Assembly: GCF_011745625.1 (NCBI RefSeq)
Contig: NW_027191452.1
Coordinates: 806,001-870,000, forward strand
Direction: 5' to 3'
DNA: 64,000 nt
From: Cladosporium halotolerans
Lineage: Eukaryota
Shown: positions 35,407-48,500 of the stretch, piece by piece
Position numbering within the stretch: position 1 is the stretch's first letter
How the letters are laid out: each line of letters begins with the position of its first letter
Program-made: the position numbers and the translations under genes
Notes under the pieces: model-generated
Told to the model about the DNA's origin: nothing
The model's input: only the letters and a program-made list of their open reading frames with translations
Database searches by the model: none

Positions 35407-37387
35407 ATAGTGACAGCGGATCATCAATGAAACGATGTCGTGGGACTCCGATTTGTTTCTTATCAAACCTAGGGCCGTGTCGCATGTCTGAACTCAAAAG
35501 AGACTGGCGTTGCCATCGACAGCTAGCCGTATGGAACCACTTCTCCTCAGAGCAGTGAAGATCAATTTAGTCATCCAATATACAAGCAATCCTCCTGACG
35601 AGCTGGGTTGGCTGAGGTCACTTTTTTGCGCACTATGTACGGCATTGTGTGACTGCTGGCATGATCTCTTTCGCCATGAGTTCCCTTCAACACTTTCAAC
35701 GATGCCCACTTCTCCAGCGGACTAGGTAATCTGAGGGTGTAGTAGCTTTCAATCGGAAAAAACGTTTCTGCCAAGTTGATTGCCAAAGACAATCAGGCGG
35801 ATCCTGCTCGGTTTGCTATTTCGGAAGTTGAAACTGTAATCCGCAGCACTGCACTACCACAGAAGTTCCAAGTCAGAGATTGCCATCATACCTGTATTCG
35901 GGGGGCGATCCGTAGGGTTGGGTCATGCCTGCCCTTGCACGATTACGGGGGCCGGGCGTAACTGCCGGCAGTCGCCCTGGCTCTTCTGGTCGTACACACC
36001 TCTCGCATTGGCAAGATAACTTAACTTGGACGTCACTTCATCGACTTTCTTTTTTCTTGCCTCAACTTACCACTGATGTGCTGCAGAGACAGTATTCGAT
36101 CGAATGCGAGGTTTCGGCAGCGTCGTGTTGAGAAAAACGCGACGCACTCGCACCGCGTCAACATATCCAGCTGCACAAATGGGGAGAGAACATTGTACCT
36201 CGCCAACCACGCAGGGACGTGATGACTGGCTCTGCCTCGCTGTAACGCAAAGACTGTCTACTAATGACCCGACTGCACATTGTCGCAGTCGCACGCGGTA
36301 TCGACGCAACATGTCGAAAAACGATGTCTTTGATTGTTACTGGAGAGACCAAGGACACAGCTACCGGACCGAGCCTTCAGAGAGAGCCATCGCACTAATT
36401 AACATGCTTTTGTAAGCAACGAGCGGACCGAGGCTTACAAACGAATCGGATCTCGTCCTGAAACACTGCAAAATCAAGCAGCGGCACAGGCCGCTCTTGA
36501 CGCGCGCGCACGGTGGGCTGAGCGTCCGATGCCCTTCCTTCGCCGATGGCCTCCGCATCTTCTGGAGACTGGGCCGTGGGACCGGAGCATTCGGCGATCA
36601 AGCCAGAGGAGCGTAGCAGCCGGCAGCTATCATCGGCTGCTCTGTAGCAGACCATGGGAATGTGATCATGTCTATCGAACCTCTTCTACCGCATCAAAGC
36701 TGGCAAATGCAAAGCACTGCAGAAGTCGTGCATCTCGTCAGACAACGGATTCGACGAGTCTCCAGCTCCTGCACGTCTGATGATATATTAATTAGCCACA
36801 TTATGCTCGCAATGTCTCTTCGCAGTGCAGGCGGCGCTAGGCAAGCATCCTCCGCTTGAAACCACTGGGACAAGCTACGTAGTGGGCCCGCAATACCCTT
36901 GTGTGGACTGAGCTCCCTCACGGAGACGTAGTAGTGGCCGCGCGCGCGCCTCCGCACTTCCTACGCCTTGTTCGTGACACTACTGCCGTACCTTTCGCCG
37001 CGTCGGAATCGGGCTCGTACGTCGCGCTCACATCTGCTAGCTTAGAGAGCTTTGAGCCTGTGGTCTAGGGACAGACGCCATCTGGATCCTACGACTCCGC
37101 ATCAGCACCCCGGTCATCACGACCCACCTGATTCAGCGAATGGAATTAGGTTCTGGTGACGATCTCCGGTGCGACCTTCCTTTACGTTCTCTGAGATCTC
37201 GAGTCAAGCCGAAGACGCTGAGAACATCGCGTCGCAAGTCCGCCTCTAGCTTGAACAACCTCCACTTCATCGAGCACGACACTAAATTCCGGTTCTGGTC
37301 GTAAGCACGACAGTAATCCCATGCATGACGCCTCTCTAGGCCTAAAGCGCACCACCGGAACTGGAGAGCCTGTCGCAGGCGACTGAG

Positions 37388-40300
37388 ATGGGCTCCGACT
37401 ACAGAAACAACTCACCCAGTGCGAGCCTGCTAAATGCCGGACACTTGGGCAACACACCGTCATACAGTGGCGGAAGCCAAACTGGCAGCGAATACAACCT
37501 AGGCAACGCCAACAGTCCAAGCCTCGATTCCCTGATGCAATCCACACCAGGTCACGCGCACCGGTTTACTACTTCCACCCTGCCAGACCACCGATCCAAC
37601 CTGCCGGCTCACAACTACGGCGGCGCGTATGATGCTGCGCTCTTCTCTGCGAACGCACCTACAGCTTCGAACAATCTACCGCAGCAGCATTCGCCCACGA
37701 GTGGACGTCAGCATCGGTTAAGCATGGGTAGCAATGGACAGTACGATGGCTCGGACACGACGAGCCAGAGAGGACAAGGGAGCTACCCTGGTGAAGGCTA
37801 TGGCGACAGCGCACCGGCGAACAAGGGCAACGAGGATTCTACAAGCGCCCAGGCACAGGACGAAGAAGGCGGCAAATTAGATGAATCCCAAGCCGCGCCA
37901 GCGTGGAGCGAATTGAAGACGAAGGCGGGCAAGGAACGAAAGCGACTGCCTCTGGCGTGCATTGCTTGCCGAAGGAAAAAGATCAGATGCTCCGGCGAAA
38001 AGCCCGCTTGCAAACACTGTCTGCGGTCACGGATACCCTGCGTGTACAAGGTTACGACGAGGAAAGCTGCACCGCGCACTGATTACATGGCAATGCTGGA
38101 CAAGCGACTCAAACGCATGGAAGATCGCGTGATCCGCGTCATTCCAAAGGAGGATCAGGGCGTCGTAGCGAATACTGGTCGGTCAAATGTGAAGCCGCCA
38201 ATGCCACCTGCTCCGCCGAAATCTGGGCCAGGAACTAAGAAGCGGGTAGCAGAGCAGGCTTTCGGCGACGAACTGGATGATTGGGCGAACACCAAAGTAG
38301 GCGACGACGGGAAGAAAGCACCCGCTGGCCAAGAACCCAAGGCCGACCCTACGGCATCCATTGATTCCGACGAGCACAGTCTTCTCCGTGAAGGCGCTGA
38401 CCAGTTGCCCCCGAAAGATTTGCAGCAGCACCTCGCAGAAGTCTTCTTCGACTACGTTTATGGCCAGAGTTACCACTTGCTGCATAAGCCGAGTTTCATG
38501 CGGAGGCTGGCGCAAGACCAAGTCCCTCCCGTCCTCATGCTAGCCGTCTGCGCCATGTCAGCCCGCTACTCCAACCACCCACAAGTCCGCACCGAACCCG
38601 CCTTTCTACGTGGAGAACAATGGGCCAAGCCTGCCAGAGAAATATCTTTGAGGCGTTATGACCAACCCAACATCACGATTCTCATAGTATATCTGATACT
38701 GGGTCTCCACGAATTTGGAACATGTCAAGGTGGACGGAGCTGGATGTTTGGCGGTATGGCACAGAGGATGGCGTATGCTTTGCAGTTGCATCAAGACTTG
38801 GATCACGATCCCAAGCGGTCCGCTGGAAGCGAGAAAAGCGAACTCACCTTTACGGACCGCGAAATCAGGAGGCGAACAATGTGGTCATGCTTCTTGCTGG
38901 ACCGCTTCAGCTCTTCGGGCACTGACCGACCTGCGTTCGTCGGCCCTGAGTATATCCGCGCCCAGCTTCCCATCCGGGAGAAGCTCTTCAGTATGGAGAT
39001 CACTGGACCGACTGAAGACTTGCAGGGGAATGTGCCGAATCCTGTTGGTGCGGAAACCGGACAAGTTGCAGATGCCAAGCAGAACATGGGCGTTGCAGCG
39101 TACACAATCAGGCTTGTTGCGCTCTGGGGAGAGATCATCAGTTACATGAATCTCGGCGGCAAGCAACGAGACGCGAAACCGATGTGGGACGACGAGTCGA
39201 CCTTCCAAAACCTCAGACAATCTGCGGAACGCTGGAGGGATACGCTGCCGACTTCGTTACATTACACGCCCGAAAACCTTGCTAGCCATGCGAGTGACAA
39301 GATCGCGAACCAATTTCTGTTCATGCATATCATTTACTATCAGATCATGCTTTTCATGAATCGCTTCGCTCTGCCTGCTCCAGGACACCGCGCAGTCTTC
39401 CCCAAAGAGATGCCTGAGAAATTCATATCCGACGCCGGAAAGGCTGCGCTCGATGCGGCCAACATGATCTCGGCGCTTGTGAACGAAGGGATGGATCACA
39501 CCGTGGTCGCGCCTTTCGCTGGCTACGCGGCCTTCTTCTCGAGTACCGTCCACATCCACGGCGCATTCTCTCAGAACCCAGCGCTGGAAGCGTCTTCGAA
39601 ACAGAATCTGGCCTGGAACGTGAAATATTTGACCAAGATGAAGAAACATTGGGGCATGTTCCACTTCGTGACGGAAAACCTCAGGGAGCTCTACCGCAAG
39701 CACGCAGACGCCGCGAGATCAGGAGCCCTGGGTAAGACTGGAAAAGACGGAGATGGAATCTTTCAGTATGGCGATTGGTTTGACAGGTACCCTCATGGAG
39801 TCAGCGGGACGGATTTCGACGAGCCGCAATCGGAAGTCAAGAAGGACCCGGGCGCGGACGCTGTGCTCGGTCAGCAGAGCGATTTACAGACCGTGGAAGA
39901 GTTCTTCTCCAAGCTCAGCCCGCCGAGCCGATCTACCGCGAATCTGCAATCGCAGCAAAAGTCGCGCAAATCTAGGAAGAAGCAGGAGTCCAAGTCAGAA
40001 AACAAAGCTGCTCCGTCTGGCGAAGGCCATCAACAAGGAGGCGACGTCACAGCGTCCGGCCAGCAACAGCAGCATCAGCAGGGACACCCACAGCAGGATT
40101 TCACCCAACAGCTGCAGCAACAGCAGCAAATGCAACAGATGCAAAGCAGCGGCATGGACCAGCAGCAACAACCCTACGCTCCGCCCTTCAACATCGGCCA
40201 GCACTCCTCCGCCTTCCCTCCCGGCTTCCAGCAACCGCACAACGCCCTCCTGATGCCCCAGCAGCACGGCATCATGTCCCAACTCGACCGCCAAATGGTC

Positions 40301-40684
40301 CTCTCGTCCTACGCCGGCGGCGAGCCCAACATGTCCGCCCTCTCGCAGCAGGACGCCAACCCGATGATGGACGGCGGCGTCGGCATGGGCGCCTTCGGCG
40401 ACGGCTTCAACCCAATGGGCGGCTCCGCGGGCGGCGGCGGCGGCGGCGCCAACGCCGGCTTCTGGGGCGACCCCAGCTCCGCCTGGTACATGCCGTTCAA
40501 CATGGACCCGCCCACCATGGCGGACGACAACAGCCTGCTGACCACGGGCGGCTTCGACTGGCCGAATGCGTTCCCGGATTTTGGCGGGTTGCCCCCCACG
40601 GGCATGACGCCTACGCCGGTCGGGATGGACATGGATACGGGGCAGGACGGGAGGGGCGGCGGGAGCATGGATTCGATGATGTGA
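37388..40684 (+). CDS. Zn(II)2Cys6 transcription factor with a fungal-specific TF domain (Prf-like)
   Basis: ACIACRRKKIRCSGEKPACKHCLRSRIPCVY. Middle homology region GMAQRMAYALQLH...EIRRRTMWSCFLLDR. Gln/Gly/Met-rich C-terminal activation region. Confidence 0.92.
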   Translation: MGSDYRNNSPSASLLNAGHLGNTPSYSGGSQTGSEYNLGNANSPSLDSLMQSTPGHAHRFTTSTLPDHRSNLPAHNYGGAYDAALFSANAPTASNNLPQQHSPTSGRQHRLSMGSNGQYDGSDTTSQRGQGSYPGEGYGDSAPANKGNEDSTSAQAQDEEGGKLDESQAAPAWSELKTKAGKERKRLPLACIACRRKKIRCSGEKPACKHCLRSRIPCVYKVTTRKAAPRTDYMAMLDKRLKRMEDRVIRVIPKEDQGVVANTGRSNVKPPMPPAPPKSGPGTKKRVAEQAFGDELDDWANTKVGDDGKKAPAGQEPKADPTASIDSDEHSLLREGADQLPPKDLQQHLAEVFFDYVYGQSYHLLHKPSFMRRLAQDQVPPVLMLAVCAMSARYSNHPQVRTEPAFLRGEQWAKPAREISLRRYDQPNITILIVYLILGLHEFGTCQGGRSWMFGGMAQRMAYALQLHQDLDHDPKRSAGSEKSELTFTDREIRRRTMWSCFLLDRFSSSGTDRPAFVGPEYIRAQLPIREKLFSMEITGPTEDLQGNVPNPVGAETGQVADAKQNMGVAAYTIRLVALWGEIISYMNLGGKQRDAKPMWDDESTFQNLRQSAERWRDTLPTSLHYTPENLASHASDKIANQFLFMHIIYYQIMLFMNRFALPAPGHRAVFPKEMPEKFISDAGKAALDAANMISALVNEGMDHTVVAPFAGYAAFFSSTVHIHGAFSQNPALEASSKQNLAWNVKYLTKMKKHWGMFHFVTENLRELYRKHADAARSGALGKTGKDGDGIFQYGDWFDRYPHGVSGTDFDEPQSEVKKDPGADAVLGQQSDLQTVEEFFSKLSPPSRSTANLQSQQKSRKSRKKQESKSENKAAPSGEGHQQGGDVTASGQQQQHQQGHPQQDFTQQLQQQQQMQQMQSSGMDQQQQPYAPPFNIGQHSSAFPPGFQQPHNALLMPQQHGIMSQLDRQMVLSSYAGGEPNMSALSQQDANPMMDGGVGMGAFGDGFNPMGGSAGGGGGGANAGFWGDPSSAWYMPFNMDPPTMADDNSLLTTGGFDWPNAFPDFGGLPPTGMTPTPVGMDMDTGQDGRGGGSMDSMM

Positions 40685-41325
40685 TGGGGTTTGCTTGCTC
40701 CTTGGTGGGGTCTAAGAGGCTAAGCCTGGACGCTTTCCATGATGCCCTTTGTAACGTTTTGACGACATGTGTATACTTTTAACGACCAATGTATTTTTTG
40801 GCATTCTATCTTCTATACACTCTTTGACGTGACATAGATGCTCGCATCTTTTCCGCGAGACTGTGCCACCGTGTTTGCGAAAGGAATTGCACAAGAAGTC
40901 TCTCGTGCCACCGGGTGTTTGCGACCTGGTGCGCGTACGTCGTCGAAGACGAGACGTCCCGGGTCCGGCTCGGGCGACGCACTAGATGATCGCAAGCGAA
41001 CGCCCTGCCTAGGGCTTTTCACGATCGACCTCCGCTACCAGCTAGTCGGGACGAGCCCCTGGTAAAGTGGCTTGTTACACGGGTTGTGACCGGATGAGAT
41101 GGGATGTACTCGCTCTTGCCCTGTCGGTGCTACGCTTCTGATGCGTGCAAGTCGAGCGAGGTGGAGCTCCTCACTCGCGTGAAGGAACATACCTCTCGCC
41201 CATCGCTCGAAGGCATGACTCAAGCCATTGGCAGAAACCTGTAGCTGCTCAAAATCACGATGCCCCTTTCAGCACCGTGGCTCGCGCCGGCCTGAGGAAT
41301 AGGCGACTTTTTCAGCGCGGCCACC

Positions 41326-41928
41326 TCAGTTCTGGCGCGGCTTGACGATCCCGTCGTGGACGATGTAGTAGACCACCGTGCTGTCGTCGTCCAGCGTAGC
41401 GAGCAGCAGCCGCTTGGTCGTCCGCCACTCGTTGTCCTCCTGCGCCTCCGCCGTGTCCTCTCCGTCGCCGCCCCCAAACAGCAGCTCTCCCCGTCCGGCG
41501 CCGGGCACGAGCGCGATCTGATCGAACACCTCGCCGAAGCGCTTCAGGCTCCACTTCTCCCTCAGGTGACTGGGCAGCACCCACTCGCGCTCGCTGCGCA
41601 GCTCCGGCATGCCGGTCTTGCCTGCATCTTTCTGCCTCTGCAGCAGCGCGATCTGCTCGTCGGGGTGCACGTAGAGGCGCTGCGGCGGGAGGCCGGAGAC
41701 GAGCGGGCGCGGGAGCACAGCTTTGGAGGTCGGTGAGTGGGTGTAGACGCGCACGTCGGACCAGTTGTGCTGATGGCGCAGGTTGTGGGCGATCTGCAGG
41801 GCCAGGTGGTACAGGTGGGCGGGATGCTGCGGCGGGGCGGGGTGGGACTCGAAGAGCAGCTGCAGGGCGGAGGGATGCGGGGCGGTGCTGGGGGTGGGCA
41901 GGGTGCCGTTCGGGGCGCAGGCGGCCAT
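41326..41928 (-). CDS. SEN15: tRNA-splicing endonuclease subunit Sen15
   Basis: HNLRHQHNW, LYVHPDEQ, EWVLP, and the characteristic C-terminus KRLLLATLDDDSTVVYYIVHDGIVKPRQN. First ATG at 41928. Confidence 0.85.
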   Translation of the reverse strand: MAACAPNGTLPTPSTAPHPSALQLLFESHPAPPQHPAHLYHLALQIAHNLRHQHNWSDVRVYTHSPTSKAVLPRPLVSGLPPQRLYVHPDEQIALLQRQKDAGKTGMPELRSEREWVLPSHLREKWSLKRFGEVFDQIALVPGAGRGELLFGGGDGEDTAEAQEDNEWRTTKRLLLATLDDDSTVVYYIVHDGIVKPRQN

Positions 41929-42441
41929 GGTGGGTGGTGCTGTGTCGGGCGCTGGTTGCGTCGTGACCTTATCGCATGCAGGCGTCGGCGTCGGCGGTAG
42001 CTCCAAAAACGCGGGCGCTGAACATTTGCGCCGCCTCCACCAAGGGCACCTCCGCCTCCTGCGCCCGCCTTATCGCTTACCACCGGCCTGCGGGGGACGA
42101 CAGCCCTAAGCCGCCGCGCCTCCCACTGCACACCCGGCTGTACCTGACATTAGAGGCGACAGCTCGGCCAGAGTTGTCCTTAAGAACATGTCGGGGCTCC
42201 GCATGACCCGGTGGGTGGATTGCCGCCTCGTAATGGAAACGTTGATACTGTGACACCTGCCCACCTGCCTTCACTTAAGACGCTCGGCGCGCCGTCATTC
42301 GTTCGTGCGACGTCTCCTTCCAGGGCACAGTACTGCTCTCACATGGCGCTGGCTGCTACTACACGATACCCGCCTTAAGAACACAAGCATTCCTTATCTC
42401 AGCATACAGCCCTACAGTCGATCCTACACATCCCCGTCAAG

Positions 42442-43089
42442 ATGGGTTTCATCCTCGCTCCCGCCGAAGACGCGGACATGTACCGCCTCTTCGAGATCAC
42501 CTCTCTGGCCTTCAAGAAGAACGAGCCCTTCTGGTGCGCGATGTACCCCGGCCACGAGACCGCAGAGGGCCGCCGGCTGGGCGGCGAGCGCTTCGTGAAA
42601 GCCAAGCACGCCGACCCGCACACGCTCTACCTCAAGGCCGTCGACGAGCAGACCGGCGAGATCGCCGGCTTCGCCAAATGGAACGTCTACCGCAACCGCT
42701 TCCCGGCCCCGGCCAAGGCCGAGGGCGACTTCTGGCCCAGCGACGAGGAGAAGGCCTACACCCAGCACCTGATGACCGAGTTCAACCGCGACCGCATGGC
42801 CTTCCTGAAGTCGACGGACGGCAACGCCGTCAACCTGGACATCTGCGTCATCGACCCCAAGTACCAGCGGATGGGCATTGGCGGCTTGCTTGTGAGCTGG
42901 GGCGTTGACAAGGCGGACGAACTTGGGTTCGATGCCATTGTCGAGAGCTCGGTCTTCGGCAAGGGTCTGTACGAGAAGAACGGCTTCGTCTTCGAGAAGG
43001 ATGTCACTCTGCCTCTGCCTGAGAAGTGGTCGGACCGCCCTAAGAGCTCCTATGCTTGGTTGGTGAGGCCGAGGCGTCTGAAGAACTAG
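42442..43089 (+). CDS. GNAT-family N-acetyltransferase
   Basis: IAGFAKW, acetyl-CoA motif VIDPKYQRMGIG, and GKGLYEKNGF. Confidence 0.9.
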   Translation: MGFILAPAEDADMYRLFEITSLAFKKNEPFWCAMYPGHETAEGRRLGGERFVKAKHADPHTLYLKAVDEQTGEIAGFAKWNVYRNRFPAPAKAEGDFWPSDEEKAYTQHLMTEFNRDRMAFLKSTDGNAVNLDICVIDPKYQRMGIGGLLVSWGVDKADELGFDAIVESSVFGKGLYEKNGFVFEKDVTLPLPEKWSDRPKSSYAWLVRPRRLKN

Positions 43090-43877
43090 GCTTCCCGGTT
43101 GGGTGGGGGTTTGGTTCGATAGAGGGCATGCTCGCGCGGGACGGCCATAATGAACATGCTCAAAAATTGGCTCGAAGTAAGCAAGGGTGCATGTATGCGA
43201 TTTCCGAACACGTTTATCAGACACGCAACGGCCACTATTGTTTATTCGATTGTATCGTTCATGGAATGGCAGGACAGGGAGGAGTGGCTTTGTCTTTTGC
43301 ATGAATTACGAAGGTCGACTTGATTTCAACAGCAGAGAAAGCATAAATAATCATGTTCCTTGTTCAAGAAAGAGGACTCCCACGAGGCCTGTTGATAGGC
43401 AAGCCAGTGCGACCTGCAAGTCGCCTAATTCTGCTAGTTCCGGAATATTGACTTGGCCATCAAGCCCAATGAAGCATGATAAGGCTGCCTTAAAGACTTG
43501 GCAGCGGGTTTGACTTCCACAATGAATGCTCGTTTGCATGATTATCATCACATCTATACCGCAATCTGCCATTTCTCATTCTGATAAGACTTCGGACTGA
43601 TATCACCAGGTAGCCAGATGCCTTATTGTGCTCAAGCTGAAAAGCTGAAGGTGGCTTGCAGACACGGCAGTGCATGGACACTGGCGTGCCTGAACTTTAG
43701 TCAAGCCACCACTGGGCACGCCAACGCAGCAATGCCACTCTCGAGATCGGCGACTTGAGTCACGAGGCCTGGCGTGATACATTAGCTTCAGCCGCAAGCA
43801 GGGACATATTTGCTTGGGTAGCTCCCCTCTGCCACATTCTCCTTTCAGAGGGGAGAAGTCGCTGGCTCATAGCGGAT

Positions 43878-44926
43878 ATGGCTACCACGTTTGTGCTCGC
43901 TCTACTCTCTCTGTACTTCTCCAATGCCTTTGCGCAGAACAACTTTACCGTCGTTACACCAAGAGCGGGAGACACAGTTAGTCTTGGTGACACGTCCTTA
44001 GGCGACATCCAAGTCCCAATCGCATGGACAGTCGCCGAAGCAATCGCAGACAGGCCAGTCATCATCTCACTCGTACAAGGCAACAACGTATCTTCTCTCT
44101 CCCAAGTCGCCTTGGTGAACTGTGCGTGCAACACAGGCCCTATATACGGTCCGTCCCACTGAATTGTGTCTCACAGCTTCCGCGCCGAACAATGGCTCCT
44201 ACACGTGGGTGGAGGACGGTTACAATAGCCCTTTGGAGTACAGGTACAACAGCGGGGCACCCTCGGGCTGCAACTACTCGATCGCGCTGAAGGTCTGGAC
44301 GGACACGGTGTACTCGGGCTACTTCACGATCATCAATCCGGATGACGGCGGGCTTGCCACGGACGCGCAGTGCCCGGAGATCGGCTCGAGCATTGGACCG
44401 ATGGAGCAGACGTGTGCGTTCTTTCTGTTGTCGCAGACTCGGTCTAGGCTGACGTTTCTTAGTTGCCAGCAGTTCGAGCACACCGAGTGGCGAAGACGAA
44501 GACGCCGCCGGCACATCGACTACAGGCGGCTCCCGGTCGTCGACAGTGAATTCTGGCTCTGGAGGAGATGCAACGGCAGGAGGAACAAGATCAGGAGGGG
44601 GAGTGTCCACGACGACTCTCGCCGTCGCAGTAGCCGTGCCAGTCGTCGTCTTGCTCGTCGCTTTCGGGCTGATCCTATGGCTCGGAAGACGAAAAGGCTG
44701 GTTTGTGCGGAGATCATCTCCCAGAGCCCACGACGGTGCTACAGCTGAAAAAAGCGGCTTTGTCACGCACGACGGCGGTGACAAGAGCTTTCGAAACGGC
44801 AATGACCCGGCATACGCGTCTGTCCGGGAGCTGCATGCTGATGACAGGCCTTACCAGCTGGAGAGCTCGCCGGTGCATGAGCTGCAGGGCGGAGATGGGG
44901 GGCCGCAGTATCGTATTCGCAATTGA
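43878..44926 (+). CDS. Type I membrane / cell-surface protein with a Kre9/KNH-like N-terminal domain, Ser/Thr/Gly linker and one TM, 3 exons
   Basis: Signal peptide MATTFVLALLSLYFSNAFA, then ..IAWT..ISLVQG..APNNGSYTW..YSIAL..YSGYFTI. TM LAVAVAVPVVVLLVAFGLILWL followed by RRK. Introns 44122..44176 and ~44414..44462 (exact second boundary uncertain). Confidence 0.75.
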
Positions 44927-45596
44927 GCTAGCTGTGCATTACGCGCTCGGGATAATGTCAATGATCGAGTTCAAGCTCAAGCTCCATTCTTTCTTGATAG
45001 ACACAGGAGCTGTCGAAAGGAGCGGTGCTGGTTCTACAGGACCAATCATCAAGCGTCTCCTCTTACCGGTCTGAGCTGTCACCGGAATATATGGTAGAAT
45101 AACGTCAATGCGTGATGAGTAGGAAAAGGCGCTACTCTTTGTCGGCAAGCTATCCTTGCATACTCATATCACACCGGAGTGCTGCCTGAAGCGACATGGT
45201 GCCATAGCGTGGCTTTTCTTGAGAGCTGTCATTAACCGTGATCGACATCATTGGAGTGGATAATACGAGCAAGCAAGGAGTGAGAGCTCGCGGAGTCAGC
45301 GTGCGCAACGGACCGTCGATTGCCGCCCAGGCGGCTGCCCGCCCCGAACGTTGATGCGTTCATAGGCTCCACAAGCTTGCCACTGCTACAACGCAAACTC
45401 TTTGACTGCACACGATCAAACAGACAGCAAACGACCGACAATTCCTCGCAGCGATACCGAATCACGCTGTGTATCCCCCGAGAATATTGCTTGCAGAATT
45501 AGCCGTGCGTTGAAGCCCGCACGACCGGCAAGCGACACGAAATTCAGCCCACGCTGAATATCGCGCGAAAGCAGCGGACGCACGCAGCTCAACGAA

Positions 45597-48500
45597 ATGA
45601 GCGCACAGGCAGCGCCCAAGAAGGATGTGCCGCCTCAGTCTGACCTGCCCGAGAGCTGGGACTCGGACGAGTCTTCTGGAAGTGAAGACGAGAGCTCGGT
45701 GAACGACGAGAAAACCGACGATTCAGATGCCGACTCCGACGTGGACCCTGAAGCCGAGACTGGTGAGGACAAGATCCTCCGCTCGTACAAGAGGCTCCTC
45801 TCGCGGAGAGTCGACCTGGTCGGCGACTATGCCGGTAACGAATTGTTCATGATCGAGGGAGACTCGTTACTCCTTCGCTGCTTCGACGATGAATCGCTCG
45901 ATTTCAACCCGGGCCTGCAATTACTCCATGCCACGTACAACGTGGAGCATTTCCTTCACAACCTCGCCTTCCGCAAGTGCAACTTCCATATCACCTTTTT
46001 TGAGTGCAACCGTAAGCTTTGCATACCTCCTCACGCCGAGGCCGCGGATGCCTCGAAATACCTGCTCGCCCGCGAGGCGATCATCCGCCACCTTCAGGCC
46101 AACCTCTCATCGACACACCCGGACATCAAAGTGAAGGTTTTCGAGTCTTACGAAGGCGAAGACTTCAGCGAATACTTGAAACACACGAGCTTGTATTTTA
46201 TGATGACGCATGATGGTGCATCGCCCGTAGATCGCAAAGGAAAGCACATGGGTGAGGAGACTGAAGTCGTGCCTGGCGCACAAAGAGTACCTCTGAGACG
46301 GATGCTGCAGTCGTTCCTCGCTCGTGGATACAACGTGGCACTTGTCAACGGACTCGAGTGGGTTGATACTAAGGTTATGACTATGGTGCTTGAGCCAAGG
46401 AGCCGATCGTCTCTGAACGATTTGCCCCCAGCAAGTCAATGGACCTCAGTCTCATCATCGAAGAGCGACGTTGCACCCGCAAATGTCGAGAAACTGGCTG
46501 ACTCTGCACTTGGCTTGACTGAGCGTCAAGCGTTGATTGCGGCTGCTGTCAGCACACTGATGCAGGATCACCCATCCATCGACGACTCCACGTGTGCGCA
46601 GCTGTGCTGCGTGCTTCTTCTGCATTCTGCTCTGCTCGCACACCTGCCGCTCTCATCTCGCCGCCTGGGAGATCAGTCTGGCAACGATGCGACCAAGACC
46701 TTCCTCAGAAGCGTATCACAACATACCCAATCCATTCTCCGCAGCGACAAGTGGAGAAGCCTCACAGCGTTCTCAGGCAGCTGTGATGTTGCCGATCTGA
46801 TTGACGGGCGTCTGTTCCTCCAGCTTGTGGAGCAGCCTAATGCACCAAGCGCGGAAGTGATGGCAACTTTCACCAAGCTTTTCAAGGCTGCCGAATCTTT
46901 GCTTGGTAGCAGCCTACCCAAGGAGATGCTGCAGCCCAGCGGCACCGGAAAACAAGGCAGCGCTGAGCAATCTCAGCCAAGTAAGCTAGCTGTTCTCCCT
47001 TTCTCGAACCCTGTTTTCGACAAGCATCTGGAGTCAGTACATCTGGACGTTGACGAGCTGGCTGGCGACGAGCAATCTGTCTCCTCCCACAAGATCTTCC
47101 GCGAAGTCACCCACTGGCACAACGCGAAGAAGCCGATCATCCAAAAGCCCAAGGAGCCCACAGCAGCTGCAGCCAAGCAGGAGTTCTGGGCCAAGAAGCG
47201 CAATCAGATGTTCATGGCTGAGATGGCCAGGTACTCTGCAAGTTTGACTGGCGCTACTGGCCGCAGCCTGGAGCCGGAGACTATCATTGTGGGGTCATCC
47301 CAGCAGTCCAGAAGCGAGTCTCCTGCGGCTAGCGAAAAGGCTCCGGCAAAGGGCAAGGCTGCAAAGAAGTCGGGCACGCAGTCACCCGCCGACTCGGATC
47401 AGTCTGATAGCAGCTCAGCGAAGGGGAAGCAAGGCCAGAAGAAGCCGGCTGGCGGCAAGACGGGAGCCAAGAATGCTGCGAAGCAAGCTATGCTTGACAA
47501 CATCGCGGCTGCCAAGGCAAAGAAGGAGGAGAGTGCGGGCGGGAAGGTCGTTCAGGCTTGGGCGACTGTCTGCAAGAACTTCGACGCCGACAAGGACTCT
47601 CGCATGAGGTATCGTAAGGCGAAGGACTACTTGGTCACCGTCAGGAAGGAGTGGAGGGAAGTCATCGAGGCAGAAGTGCGTCTGTACATGCTCAGCAGTC
47701 TGGTTCAGTACTGGATCGATGCTTGCCGTCGCAAAGAACAGGAGCGCCGCATCGAGGTGGTTCCCCTCATCTGGGATACTGCTACTAGCGTCTTGAAGAG
47801 CAGTGGCTTGACCAAGACCATCGTTACCAACATTGAGCTTACGGTCAAGACTCTGCAGCTGCCGCCGGTTCCGGAGACGCCGAATGCCAGCAGCCTGCCT
47901 GATCGCAAGCTTGTATTCCAGTTTGCCCTGCCTGCTAAAGCGGACTCCATAGCAGTCAAAGAGAAGGCTAAGGAGTTCCAGCTGCTGCACTGCGGTCCTT
48001 ATCTCGAGCGTAGCTTCGACTCAAGGCCCGACAGCCGTGTGGAGTTCGCCCCTGATGGCTGGCAGCGTCGTGTGCTTGACGGCATCGATGGCAACAAGAG
48101 TATGTTTGTCGTTGCTCCTACCAGTGCTGGTAAAACTTTCATCTCCTTCTACGCCATGCGCAAGGTACTCGAGGCCGACGACGACGGAGTCCTGGTCTAC
48201 GTTGCCCCCACCAAAGCTCTGGTCAACCAGATCGCTGCCGAAGTGCAGGCACGTTACTCGAAGTCATACAAGTACGGCGGCAAGAGCGTGTGGGCTATTC
48301 ACACCAGAGACTACAGAATCAACAACCCTCAAGGTTGCCAGGTCCTGGTCACTGTTCCTCACGTGTTACAGATCTTGCTGTTGTCCCCGGCATTCGCCAA
48401 CACTTGGTCTCCTCGCGTGAAGCGCATCATTTTCGATGAGGTCCACTCCATTGGTCAGGCTGAAGACGGTGTTGTCTGGGAGCAATTGCTCCTGATGGCC

